From Chiloscyllium plagiosum (lineage: Eukaryota): a stretch of DNA of 64,000 nt. Shown here piece after piece: positions 12,767-24,202 of this stretch. Under the pieces are notes generated by a model. That model had not been told where the DNA came from, ran no database searches, and worked only from the letters and a program-made list of their open reading frames with translations. Positions within the stretch are counted from its first letter, which is position 1. Every line of letters starts with the position of its first letter. The stretch spans positions 1,337,262-1,401,261 of the forward strand of contig NC_057750.1 of NCBI RefSeq assembly GCF_004010195.1, written 5' to 3'. The position numbers and the translations under genes are program-made.

Positions 12767-13399
12767 CATTATGGACCAGGCCAGCCCCCTCAAAACATTT
12801 GAAGAAGGTAGCCCAGACCCAACTTTGCTAGTTGTTTTAAGCAGGTGTGCAGTGGATATTCCAGGAGAGAATCAGCTGGTTAAACCACTTAGTTTTAAAC
12901 AAAACAGAAGCTAGTTACAAGATTACTGAATGAAACTCTAACAACAGAAAACTAAAAACCAAATAACTTAAAATCTCCGAAAATCCAACAGACCATCCCA
13001 ACTGAATGATGCTGTTCCAAATACTTGCAACAATCCCCATAAACACCCCATGGCACAAAAGGGAAAATCAAACACAAAATCTTCCAGGAGAGAAGTCAGA
13101 GAGAGAGGACCAGCCTGGACCTGCTGCTTTGGGGCCAGCAGCATGTCTTCACACTACCTGCTAAAACCAAACCAAACCAGAGAAAAGCTGAGCTGGGAGA
13201 ACTGGCCCCTCCCCTTTCATCGTACAAGTGTTTGTTTTTAAACTTGAAAGCTTTCTGCCTGAGGCAGTATCTGTTAACTATTATCAAACTGGCCCTAACA
13301 CCCTTCACCTCCAGACTTTTCGGAGTCTGTGTCATTTACAACCTCTCTGAAAAAAGCCAAGGACCACCACAACCTTGTTAAAGGAGCAGCTTCATCACA
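12767..13399 (-). mobile_element. Solo LTR, related and inverted to the previous one
   Basis: Its first ~70 bp are a diverged reverse complement of 12685-12751; ends TCACA (TGTGA on minus); TSD CCAA/CCAG. Confidence 0.65.
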
Positions 13400-13944
13400 C
13401 CAGGAACAATCCCATGGTCTGGAAACCCTCCCCATTAATTACAAATCAACCTGACAGAGAATAAATCCATCATCATTGACCAAAAACAATGCTTCTAAAG
13501 TAAAAATTTGAAAATAGGATTAAAAGTAAAGAATAGATTTCTCACTGTTAGATTGATGTGAGGCATTAGGAGGAATTAGATTTGAATAGGAAAACAAATG
13601 CCAATCACAGCAGGCTGTTTTGACCGTTAAAGACTTGTGTGTTTGTGATGGAATTTGCTGCATATGTTCCCATTTGGATGGTTTACCCAGCAGGTCATCA
13701 TTTGGTTTTGTCTTCTCCCAAAGGCCAATTCATTTTTGAGGAGAAATTGAGGAACAAAAGGATACAGTTCCTATAATGTTGGAGAGACAGTCTCGAGGGA
13801 AACCAATGGCAGTCCAGTTGACCAGCTGTCCTTCAGCTCTAACCCTCTGACAGTGTTGCATCTCCTTAATAATGTTCCTTTGACAGTGTAGGACTCTGTC
13901 AGTGCTACCACTTCAACAGCTCAGTGTCTGATGAGTTAGAAGTG

Positions 13945-14243
13945 AGCACAAATAAACAATTCAGCCCATCAAGTCCACACTAACCCTTTGACAGGATCCC
14001 ACCCAGACCCACCCCATAATCCTGCATATCCCTGTGATTCTACAGGCAATTTTCCGCAGCCAATTCACCTTAACCTGTACATCTTTGGATTGTGGGAGGA
14101 AACCCACACAGACATAGGGTAGGGGGCAGGAAGAGGGTGGAATATGCAAATTCCACATAGATAGTCACCCAAGGTGGGAATCGAACCCGGCTCCCTGGTG
14201 CCATGAGACAGCAGTGCTAACCACTGAGCCACCATTCCACCCT
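13945..14243 (-). mobile_element. HE1-type V-SINE
   Basis: tRNA head (minus: TGGCTCAGTGGTTAGCACTGCTG...GGTTCGATTCC), V-domain and CR1-like tail. Confidence 0.85.
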
Positions 14244-15289
14244 GTAATAAGTAAAGTATTTGTACTCATACAAAGATTATAACCTGATTAATTTTCATGG
14301 ATAGGAATCATTCTCTTTTCTGTGTTTGTCACTAACAGAGACTGATCTGCTTAATTGGTATTTTAAAAAATACTTTAAAGCTTCTGTTCAGAAGGTTCCA
14401 GATGGATCATTAACTTGAAAGAGATTGACTGGTAACACCTTTCAAATGATGACGGTTTCTTGTGGATTTAAAATTCTGCCTGTGTGCCACAAATGGACTT
14501 GCTAATTAAACACACACTATGTTTGGATTTAGAATAAGTGGTTTGGCCTTTCCCCCCTGGAAACTGACTGATTATTGTAATATTCTCCTCTCCGACTGCA
14601 ATGTGACAAAATTAAACCGAGTCTGAAACAAAATAAAGTTCCTTTAATTTTGTCGCAGACATTTCTGACAATACAACACTCCCATCTCTGTCCTCAGCTG
14701 CCAACTGAACTGATGTGCCCAAGCAAGGTTTAATACTACAATCTTCCACTTCAGAGTGAGAATGCTAGAGACTAAACAGATCAATCCACCCAGTGAGGAA
14801 CCTACTGTGAAATATATCTGAACCAGTTCCTAACACCTTCAAATTGTGCGATAAAGCACTGTGCTTTATCCACATTGTATCTTATGGAGGGAAAAGCATC
14901 ACAGCCAAACCCCGCCGATGTTTTGAGCACAAGACCAAAAAGGTATTGTGGCCATTATTTTCCAGACCTCACTGGTTACAGGCTGGGTGGCAGAAGACTG
15001 AGGGATAACAATAACTCGGCCGTTATTTTAAAAGGGATAGACTGAGCACTCACAGGCCAGTCAGCCAATTGTAATAGTGGGAACATTTTTGGCCAAAATG
15101 GATATTTTGAAAAACACATGTCAATGAAAGACAGCCAGCAGCGATTCCTCGAAGGGGGATCATTTCAGACTAACTTGATTGAGTTAACAAGGAGACTCTG
15201 TGGAGGTAGTCTATTTGGTGAGGTCCATGTGGATTTTAGCCAAACTTTGGACATAGTAGAGCGGTCACAAAAGTAGAAGTCCTATTCGC

Positions 15290-15540
15290 AAGTTTTGAGA
15301 AGATTTGTAGCTCAGGTTGAGGTTCTGAATGTAAGTTTGCTCGCTGAGCTGGAAGGTTCATTTTCAGACATTTTGTCATCATGCTAGGTAACATCATCAG
15401 TGAGCCTACGGTGAAGCACTGATGGTATGGCCAGCGTTTCATTTATGTTTTTAGGTTTCCTTGGGTTAGTGATGTCATTTCCGGTTGTGATATCATTTCC
15501 TGTAATGATGTCATTTCCAGCTCAGCAAACAAACTTACAC
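15290..15540 (-). mobile_element. Penelope-derived element (family C) with degenerate hammerhead and partial inverted end
   Basis: Minus 15365-15402 CACTGATGATGTTACCTAGCATGATGACAAAATGTCTG; 15518-15539 is an inverted copy of ~15330-15351. Confidence 0.65.
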
Positions 15541-15631
15541 CTAGAAATACAATGCAAGGCAAAGTAGCAAAGTGGATCTCAAATTAGTTCAGAGGTGGTT
15601 GCAAAGGGGAAATGGTCCATGGCTGTCTTCC

Positions 15632-15945
15632 ATGGAATCCCTACAGTGTGGACACAAGCCCTTCAGCCCATTGAGGCCACATCACTCCTCTGAAGAGCAT
15701 CCTGCCCACACTCCCTCCCCCCGACCCTCCCTGTCCTTGTAACCCTGAATTTCCCATGGCTAACCCACCTAGCCAGCACTGCCCTGCACACTACGGGCAA
15801 TTTCCCATGGTCAATCCACCCTAACCTGCACATCTTTGGACTGTGGGAGGAAACCCACGCAGACACGGGGAGAATGTGCAAACTCCACACAGACAGTCGC
15901 CCGAGGCTGAAATCAAATCTGGGTCCCTGGTGCTGTGAGGCAGAT
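15632..15945 (-). mobile_element. HE1-type V-SINE
   Basis: V-domain ACCCACGCAGACACGGGGAGAATGTGCAAACTCCACACAG. Confidence 0.9.
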
Positions 15946-16809
15946 GACTGGAAGGCAATTTCCAGTGAAGTTGCACAGGAATCAGCCCCAGTTCCCTGCT
16001 TGATGTGTACATCTCAATGATTCAACACTGAATCGAGGGAATGCAATTATGAAGTTTGCAAATAGTACAAAAACTGGCTGTCTGGTGGATAGTGAAGGAG
16101 AAAGTGATTGACTACAGGAAGATATCAACACACCAGTCAGGTGGTTGGCAAATGGTCAGTATGAAAGCATGTGAGATAAAACATTTAGGAGAGGCTGATA
16201 AGGCACACAATCAAAAGGAGAATACTGCAGTTAGAGGAACAGAAAACCTTGGAGAGTACATCCTCTGATCCCTCAATGTGGCTGGACAGGTAGATGAGGT
16301 AGTTAAGAATGCAGATGGGATTATTAGCTAAGGAGTATATAAGAGCAGGGAGGTTCTGATGGAACTGTGTAAAACACCAGTTAGATCACAGCTGGAGAGT
16401 AGCATACACTTCTGGTCCTTGCAAAGACAGTTGTGATTGCCCAAGAGAGACTGATTAATGAGAATGTTACCTGGACTGTAAACTGTTCATTATTGTACAG
16501 GCTGGGGTTGTTTTATCTGAACAGAAAAGGCTAGGGTGGGGGAGGGGGGTGAGATTTAACTATAGTGTAGAAACTTGGGCTTAGATAAGGGGCATAGATT
16601 TGGGGAAAGAGGCAACAATTCATGGGGAGGCCAGTGAGGACCCAGATTCACTGCATAAAAGGGTGGCAGAAGCAGAAACCATCAACCCATTTAAAAAACA
16701 CGGAGATGTAAAATACTGTAATCCACAGGGATAGCGACCAAGTGCTGGAAAATGAGATGGGGTTAGATTGTTCTCCTTCTTCACTGGAAATGGCCATGAT
16801 TTCCAGGAA

Positions 16810-17022
16810 GCTGAAAATGTGTTGCTGGAAAAGCGCAGCAGGTCAGGCAGCATCCAGGGAACAGGAGAATCGACGTTTCGAGCATAAGCCCTTCTTCAGG
16901 AAGGGCTTATGCTCGAAACGTCGATTCTCCTGTTCCCTGGATGCTGCCTGACCTGCTGCGCTTTTCCAGCAACACATTTTCAGCTCTGATCTCCAGCATC
17001 TGCAGACCTCACTTTCTCCTCA
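16810..17022. mobile_element. Palindromic Penelope-derived element (family A)
   Basis: 86-bp perfect arms (16809-16894 / 16900-16985), 5-nt loop, ~37-nt tail; 14-bp TSD ATGATTTCCAGGAA at 16796-16809 and 17023-17036. Confidence 0.9.
16872..16899 (-). ncRNA. Minimal hammerhead ribozyme motif
   Basis: CUGAAGA-A-GGGC(UUAU)GCUC-GAAA-CG-UC. Confidence 0.65.
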
Positions 17023-17309
17023 ATGATTTCCAGGAACCCAATTCCGATTGCTGCCTGTCCTGATTTCACTCTCGTTCAGTGGAGAGCTAAGTCTGAAACC
17101 AGCCAGGGGACAGGTCTGTCGTGGTTTACCATAAAGCTCAGTTAGAGCCTTCCATCAGTCCATTTGCATTTGTACAGTCTCTCTGACTCTCCATATCTGT
17201 TTCTCTCCTTGTATCTGTCTCAGTTTAACCCCCCCCATTCTAAAATGCACAAGCTGAAGTCTGCAGTTAGTGACTGCTTTAGAGTTGAAGCTGTCGTACT
17301 TGGCAGATG

Positions 17310-17830
17310 GTGATGGAGAGGTAACGTTACTGGGTTCACACTTCAGAGACTCAGGCTGATGCTCAGGAGAATCCCAGGGATTCAAATCCCAGTTTAGGAG
17401 CTGGAGAATCCCAGAGATTCAAATCCCAATGTGGGAGCCGGAGAATCCCAGGGATTCAAATCCCAGTTTGGGAGCTGGAGAATCCCAGGGATTCAAATCC
17501 CAGCGTGGGAGCCAGAGAATCCCAGGGATTCAAATCCCCGTTTGGGAGCTGGAGAATCCCAGGGATTCAAATCCCAGTTTGGGAGCTGGAGAACTTACAT
17601 TCAGTTTGTGAATCTGAAATACAAAGTTATTGTCGGTGATGATGACCAAGACCACTGACTGATTTTCATAAAAACCCATCTGAGTCACTAATGTCCTTTA
17701 GGGACGAAAACTGCCATCCTTACCTGGGCTGGCATACATGTGACTCCAGACCCATAGCAATAGGGTTGACTCTTAACTGCCCTCTGAAATGGCTCAATAA
17801 GCCAGTCAGTTCAAGGGCAATTAGGGGTGG
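17310..17830 (+). mobile_element. tRNA-derived SINE (S2) with internal tandem expansion
   Basis: S2 body CATCCTTACCTGGGCTGGCATACATGTGACTCCAGACCC...AAGGGCAATTAGGG. Confidence 0.75.
17367..17593 (+). repeat. 37-bp tandem repeat, about 6 copies
   Basis: Unit GAGAATCCCAGGGATTCAAATCCCAGTTTGGGAGCTG at 17367, 17404, 17441, 17478, 17515, 17552. Confidence 0.95.
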
Positions 17831-17970
17831 AATCATAGAATCCCTGCAGTGTGGAAGCAGGCCATTCGGCCTATCGAATCCACTCTGATCCTCCAGTGAG
17901 CATCCCACCCAGATCCAAATCTAACCCTGCACTTCCCGTGGCTAATCCACCTCATCTACACATCCTTGGC
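17831..17970 (-). mobile_element. HE1-type SINE 3' part
   Basis: ATAGAATCCCTGCAGTGTGGAAGCAGGCCATTCGGCC tail. Confidence 0.75.
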
Positions 17971-18734
17971 TTGCCTCTGTTATTCTTTGTGATGTCCTCC
18001 ATGGCAAGAGTTTTGTTAAAAACAAAACTTGATGAGTGCTGGTGCTAGTTTCTCATTGTGAAACAATGCAATAGATTCAGAGTGGAAGATATAATTGAAT
18101 AAGAAAGAAAAACAGCTCAGTTAATCAATAACTAATTTAACCACTGCACAAAGAAAGCTTCAGGCCTCCAAATGATTGTATTCTTTATCATAGTTTATTC
18201 ATTAAAATAAGGGTACAAATTATAATTTTCCATATACCCCAAGGAACTAGGTTTTAAGAACTCAAGGTTGTGATAGTTTCATATCCATCTGCTTTTGGGA
18301 CAATTGAACACAAAGCTACTGAGGATCTGACGATAAAATGAACCAGCCTTAAGCAAGTTTTGAGATCAGAAGAATTTTTTACTACAACTGCACAGGCTCA
18401 TGCAAATGTGAAAGAGAGTCCTAACTGAGACCATAATGCTGAATTAACATGCTGACTGTGAGCAGCACTGAACATTAGATAGAGGTACAGATCATCAAAT
18501 GTTCGCAATCTGATTGGTTTGCAATGGGGAGAGGATTGAGGAAAACCAGCTGATCACAATGAATAATACAAGATGCAGTTTAAATAAATGCTCTGGAATT
18601 GTGTTTGAGTTACATTGGGAATGAAACCTTGCAGGACATACTTCAGAAGATAAAGTGACTTCAGTGGAGTCCAGAATAGAACGTCTTTGAATCATAGAAA
18701 TCTCCAGCTAAGAATTTGACCCATCATGCAATCG

Positions 18735-19015
18735 TAGTGTGGAAGCAGGCCATTCAACACTTTGAGTCCATACCGACCCTCCAAATAGCATCCCATCCAG
18801 AGCCACCCCCTCTACCCTATCCCTGCATTTCCCATGGCTAACCTATTTAGCCTACACATCCCTGGACACTATGGGGCAAATTTCCATGGCCAATCCACCC
18901 TAATCTGCACATTTTTGGAATGTGGGAGGAAACCGGAGCACCCGGAGGAAACCCACGCAGACACGGGGAGAATGTGCAAACTCCACACAGACAGTCACCC
19001 GAGGGTGGAATCAAA
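18735..19015 (-). mobile_element. HE1-type V-SINE, 5'-truncated (partly duplicated at 19824-19957)
   Basis: V-domain match. Confidence 0.88.
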
Positions 19016-20720
19016 CAATGACTAAACCATTTCATTGAAAGAGATATTCACTTTTTTGTAAATATTACTTCAAGGGGTGTGCGTGTGACTGGCTGGACCA
19101 GCATTTCCCACCCGTTCCCAACTCCGATTGTGAAGATAGAGGTGAGCTGCTTTATTGAACCACTGCAGTCCATGTGCTGTAGGTAGACCTACAATACCCT
19201 TAGGGACAGAATTCCAGGGTGTTGATCCAGAGAAGGAGCAGTGATATACTTCCAAGTCAGGTTTGTGTGTGGTTCAGAGGGGAATGGCCAGGGAATCAGG
19301 AATGAGGCAACAGATGCACATTCCCATGTATCTGCCATCCTTGTTTATCTAGCTGGAAGTGGTCATGCGTTTGGAAGATGCTGTCAAAGGAGCTTTGGTG
19401 AATTTCTTGCATCTTACTGATGTTATAAACCGCAGCTACTGAGCGTCAGTGGTAGAGGGACGGGATGTTGTAGCTGCTGGATGGTGTGTAGTCCAATTGA
19501 TTGCTTTGTCCTGGATGGTGTTGGGATTCTTGAATGTTGCTTCTGTGCTTAACCTCCCTGTTTGATCCTGACAGTGGAAAAAATTTCTCTCCTTCACATA
19601 TTTATTCAATTGCCTTTTAAAAATTACTATGGACTTACTTCCATCACCATTCCAACTCATCCATGCCAACCAGATATCCTGAATTAATCTAGTCCCATTT
19701 GCCAGCACTTGGTCCATATCCCTCCAAACCCTTCCTATTCATATACCCATCCAGATGCCTTTTCAATGCTGTAATTGTNNNNNNNNNNNNNNNNNNNNNN
19801 NNNNNNNNNNNNNNNNNNNNNNNTTCCATGGCCAATCCACCCTAATTTGCACATTTTTGGAATGTGGGAGGAAACCGGAGCACCCAGGGGAAACCCACGC
19901 AGACACGGGGAGAATGTGCAAACTCCACACAGACAGTCACCCGAGGGTGGAATCGAACAATGACTAAACCATTTCATTGAAAGAGATATTCAGTTTTTTG
20001 TAAATATTACTTCAAGGGGTGTGCGTGTGACTGGCTGGACCAGCATTTCCCACCCGTTCCCAACTCCGATTGTGAAGATAGAGGTGAGCTGCTTTATTGA
20101 ACCACTGCAGTCCATGTGCTGTAGGTAGACCTACAATACCCTTAGGGATGGAATTCCAGGGTGTTGATCCAGAGAAGGAGCGGTGATATACTTCCAAGTC
20201 AGGTTTGTGTGTGGTTCAGAGGGGAATGGCCAGGGAATTAGGAATGAGGCAACAGATGCACATTTCCATGTATCTGCTATCCTTGTTTATCTAGCTGGAA
20301 GTGGTCATGCGTTTGGAAGATGCTGTCAAAGGAGATTTGGTGAATTTCTTGCATCTTACTGATGTTATAAACCGCAGCTACTGAGCGTCAGTGGTAGAGG
20401 GACGGGATGTTGTAGCTGCTGGATGGTGTGTAGTCCAATTGATTGCTTTGTCCTGGATGGTGTTGGGATTCTTGAATGTTGCTTCTGTGCTTAACCTCCC
20501 TGTTTGATCCTGACAGTGGAAAAAATTTCTCTCCTTCACATATTTATTCAATTGCCTTTTAAAAATTACTATGGACTTACTTCCATCACCATTCCAACTC
20601 ATCCATGCCAACCAGATATCCTGAATTAATCTAGTCCCATTTGCCAGCACTTGGTCCATATCCCTCCAAACCCTTCCTATTCATATATGCATCCAGATGC
20701 CTTTTCAATGCTGTAATTGT
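18882..20720. repeat. 897-bp near-identical direct duplication (18882-19778 / 19824-20720) abutting an N-gap
   Basis: Offset 942; duplicated ORFs 19436/20378 and 19070/20012; roughly 15 substitutions. Confidence 0.95.
19779..19823. other. Assembly gap (45 N)
   Basis: Run of N. Confidence 1.
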
Positions 20721-21290
20721 ACCAGCCTCCACCACTTCCTCTGGCAGCTCAATCCACACATGCACCACCATCTGCGTGAAAAAGTTGCCTCTTTGGTCCC
20801 TTTAAAATCTTTCCCATCTCACCCTAAACCTATACCATCTAGTTCTGGATTCCCGCACCCCAGGAAAAAGTCCTTATCTATTTAACCTATCCATGCCCCT
20901 CATGATTTTATAAACCACTATGAGGTCACCCCTCAGCCTCCGACGCTCCAGGGAAAGCAGCCCCAGCCTGTTCAGCCTCTCCCTGTAGCTCAAATCCTCC
21001 AACCCTGGCAACATCCTTGTAAATCTTTTCTGAACCCTTTCAGGTTTTGCAGCATCCTTCCTATAGCAGGGAGAATAGAATTAAATGCAGTATTCCAAAA
21101 GTGGCCTCACCGATGTCTTGTGCAGCTGCAACATGACCTCCCAAGTCGGATACTCAATACTCTGACCAATAAAGGAAAGCATACCAAATGCCTTCTTCAC
21201 TATCCTATCTACCTGTGGCTCCACTTTTAAGGAGCTATGAACCTGCACTCCAAGGTCTCTTTGTTCAGCAACACTCTTCAGGGCCTGTCA
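20597..21290 (-). mobile_element. CR1 LINE 3' fragment
   Basis: Reverse complement closely matches 8905-9575. Confidence 0.9.
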
Positions 21291-21676
21291 CCCATTCAAG
21301 ATTACCAACACCTGGCTACACAAGAAACGATTTTCATCTCTCCCCCTTGTTTTATTATATTAACTCATTGCTGTCAGTCAGTGAAAAAGTTCCTTTCTAT
21401 TCACTTCACAAAAACTCTCATTATTTTAAACACATCTGTTTGATCATTGACATCACTCTGAAATGTGGTGTTCTGAATTCAGCACATGGTACACTACGTC
21501 TCTATATATAAAGGCAAGAATCTTATCTGCTGTTGTACATTGTTCAAGGACTACTGGGAATGAGAGCATTTAATAAGCCTATTGAGATTTTCTCAATTCC
21601 TCCTAAGGTAGGCTTAACAAAAACATTTCATTTTGTATTGAATTTTACTGGAGAAACAGGCCATTCAGTCCGACAG

Positions 21677-21890
21677 AGTCAGAAAATGTGGTGCTGGAAA
21701 AGCACAGCCGGTCATGCAGCATCCAAGGAGTAGGAGAGTCGACGTTTCAAGCATTAGCTCTTCATCAGGAATACCTGCTCGAAACATCGACTCTCCTGCT
21801 CCTCGATGCTGCCTGACTTGCTGTGCTTTTCCAGCACCACATTTTCGGACTCTGATCTCCAGCATCTGCAGCCCTCACTTTCTCCTCCTT
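21677..21890. mobile_element. Palindromic Penelope-derived element (family A)
   Basis: Imperfect arms plus tail; minus-strand hammerhead core 21741-21768 CUGAUGA-A-GAGC(UAAU)GCUU-GAAA-CGUC; degenerate TSD CATTCAGTCCGACAG/CATTAGTCCTACAG. Confidence 0.85.
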
Positions 21891-22158
21891 CATTAGTCCT
21901 ACAGCTCCATATCTGTGTTTCTGCTCTACACAACCCCACCCTCACTTCATTCACTGTGGCAGCACATTCCTTTCCATATTCCCCTCTCTCTTACATTGTT
22001 TATCCAACTTCCCTCTCGGAATGCCATCCCCTCATCCACTCCCTGGAATAGTGAGCTCCACATACTTACAAATATACAATATAGAAGTAAACTATTCGGC
22101 CCCTCAAGTGTGTTCTGCCATAAGAATGAAGCTGATCCATCTATATCCGACAACCTAA

Positions 22159-22270
22159 GGGCTCTTGTAGCACAGTGGTGGTATCCCTCCCCCTGACTGA
22201 GAAACCTGGGTTCAAGTCCCACCTGCTCTAGTGGTGTGTAATAACTTCTCTGAATCAGGTTGTTTAGGAT
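22159..22270 (+). mobile_element. Short tRNA-derived SINE (family S3; another copy on minus at ~55878-55970)
   Basis: A-box-like TAGCACAGTGG and B-box GGTTCAAGTCC. Confidence 0.6.
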
Positions 22271-22610
22271 AAGTGGATTATATTGAAAAAGTGTACCCAT
22301 TAACCTTGGATTCTGTGCTTAACACAAACTCATCCACCTCCATCTTTAAACTATTTGATGAGCCACTCCCACCGAATTCTGAGGCAGAGAGTTCTAAGGT
22401 TGTACAACTTGCAGAACGATAATAAATTCTCCTCATTTCTGCCCCGAAAGGTCAGCCCCTAATTTTGAATCAGTTCTGGACTGACCCCCAAAGAGGAAAC
22501 AGCTTCCCCATGTCCACCTGGTCAAGACCATTCTGGCTCTTAAATATGAACTCAACTTCTCAGTGCTCCGTTAGGGAAGCAATTTCTTCTGAATTCCCTC
22601 TTAGATATTT

Positions 22611-22925
22611 TTTAGATTAGATTACATTACAGTGTGGAAACAGGCCCTTCGGCCCAACAATTCCACACCGACCCGCCGAAGCACAACCCACCCATAACCC
22701 TGCATTTACCCCTTACCTAAGGCTACGGACAATTTAGCATGGCCAATTCACCTGACCTGCACATCTTTGGACTGTGGGAGGAAACCGGAGCACCCGGAGG
22801 AAACCCACACAGACACAGGGAGAATGTGCAAACTCCACACAGACAGTCGCCTGAGGCGGGAATTGAACCCGGGTCTCAGGCGCTGTGAGGCAGCAGTGCT
22901 AACCACTGTGCCACCGTGCCACCCA
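22611..22925 (-). mobile_element. HE1-type V-SINE, young and full length
   Basis: Complete head to tail, (TAGAT)n tail at 22611. Confidence 0.95.
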
Positions 22926-23308
22926 CAATGAAATAGTCCCTAAATTCATGGCCACTGGTTTGGGACTCTCCCACAAGGGAATGCCTCTTCCCTGTATTGA
23001 TCTCACCCAACCTGTTTATTGTAATCCGAAAGACCCCTTCCTCCTACTCTGTCATAGAGGAGAGATCCTCAACGCTGGCTATCCTTTTATATCTGAAAAA
23101 GTGCTCCTCTCTCAGGCACTAATGTTACATCTTACAGCACAGGGTAGGTCTGCTCCAGGTTCCCTTTCTGTTGATTGTGCTCTCCTTCTAAAATTGAAAG
23201 GCTGTGTATTGAAGTCCCTCCCTAGTTGGTACGCCATAATCCTGCATGTCACCGGGGAGTGGTGCATTGATGGAGTTGCTAGCTCTCTGATGAACTGTCA
23301 TGTATCCC

Positions 23309-23741
23309 TAACCACCCAACACCTGGAGGAAGATCGCTTCATATTCCGCCTTGGGACCCTGCAACCACACGGGATCAATGTGAGTTTCACCAATTTCCTC
23401 ATTTCCCCTCCCCCCACATTATCCCAGTCCCAAGCCTCCAACTCGGCACCGCCCTCCTGGCCTGTCCAAGATCTTTCTCATCTATTCACTCCACCATCCT
23501 CTCTGACCTATCAACCTCCCCCCCACCTTCATCTACCTATCACATTCCCAGCTACCTTCTCTCTAGCCCCACCCTCTTCCATTTATCTCTCAGCTCCTTG
23601 GCCCACAAGCCTCATTCCTGATGAAGAGCTTATGCCTGAAATGTCAATTCTCCTGCTCCTCAGATGCTGCCTGACCTGCTGTGCTTTTCCAGCAACACAC
23701 TCTCGACTCTGATCTCCAGCATCTGCAGTCCTCACTTTCTC
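23309..23741 (+). mobile_element. Penelope-like retroelement 3' fragment (GIY-YIG endonuclease C-terminus, 3' UTR, hammerhead, tail)
   Basis: LEEDRFIFRLGTLQPHGINVSF; CTGATGA 23618-23624 and GAAA 23638-23641; 14-bp TSD CTGTCAT(G/A)TATCCC at 23295-23308 and 23742-23755. Confidence 0.85.
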
Positions 23742-23979
23742 CTGTCATATATCCCCTGCCTGTTAAAGATCCCACAACACTATTCACAAAAAACAACTGG
23801 GATTTCAGGTGCCCTGGCCAATGGTACTCAATCAAACAACATCACTGAACCACACCATACTGTCACAACTCCTTGCTTTACTTTGGAAACCTTGTGCCTA
23901 CATTGACTGCCACATTTCCTATCTATAACAGGTGCCTGCAATTCAAACCACATTTCCTTGGCTGGGAAGTGTCTCAAGA

Positions 23980-24202
23980 GGAGAAAGTGAGGTCTGCAGA
24001 TGCTGGAGATCAGAGATGGAAATGTGTTGCTGGAAAAGCGCAGCAGGTCAGGCAGCATCTAGGGAACAGGAGAATCGACGTTTCGGGCATTAGCCCTTCT
24101 TCAGGAATTCCTGAAGAAGGGCTAATGCCCGAAACGTCGATTCTCCTGTTCCCTAGATGCTGCCTGACCTGCTGCGCTTTTCCAGCAACACATTTCCATC
24201 TC
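23980..24202. mobile_element. Perfect 190-bp palindrome (24013-24202) plus tail; Penelope-derived family A
   Basis: Loopless centre GGAA|TTCC at 24107/24108; 13-bp TSD AAGTGTCTCAAGA at 23967-23979 and 24203-24215. Confidence 0.92.
24108..24142 (+). ncRNA. Minimal hammerhead ribozyme motif (mirror copy on minus strand, 24073-24107)
   Basis: CUGAAGA-A-GGGC(UAAU)GCCC-GAAA-CG-UC; stem I weak. Confidence 0.65.

Larger units (their letters stand above)
15100..16770 (+). mobile_element. Old degenerate CR1 LINE interrupted by a Penelope-derived element and a SINE
   Basis: Decayed RT-region and 3' sequence similar to the younger CR1 copies in this window. Confidence 0.6.

Noticed and set aside
17367..17593. 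CRISPR-like array (37-bp repeats with palindromes)
   Set aside because: Units are contiguous with no unique spacers, no cas genes, vertebrate context, and the unit derives from a SINE head.
22611..22925. tRNA genes at SINE heads
   Set aside because: A/B boxes are present but run into V-domain and LINE-like tails; these are SINEs without a full cloverleaf.
23980..24202. Classical Tc1/hAT MITE or rho-independent terminator
   Set aside because: The 13-bp TSD, one-sided tail and match to a Penelope 3' end do not fit DNA-transposon MITEs; terminators are irrelevant in this eukaryotic context.
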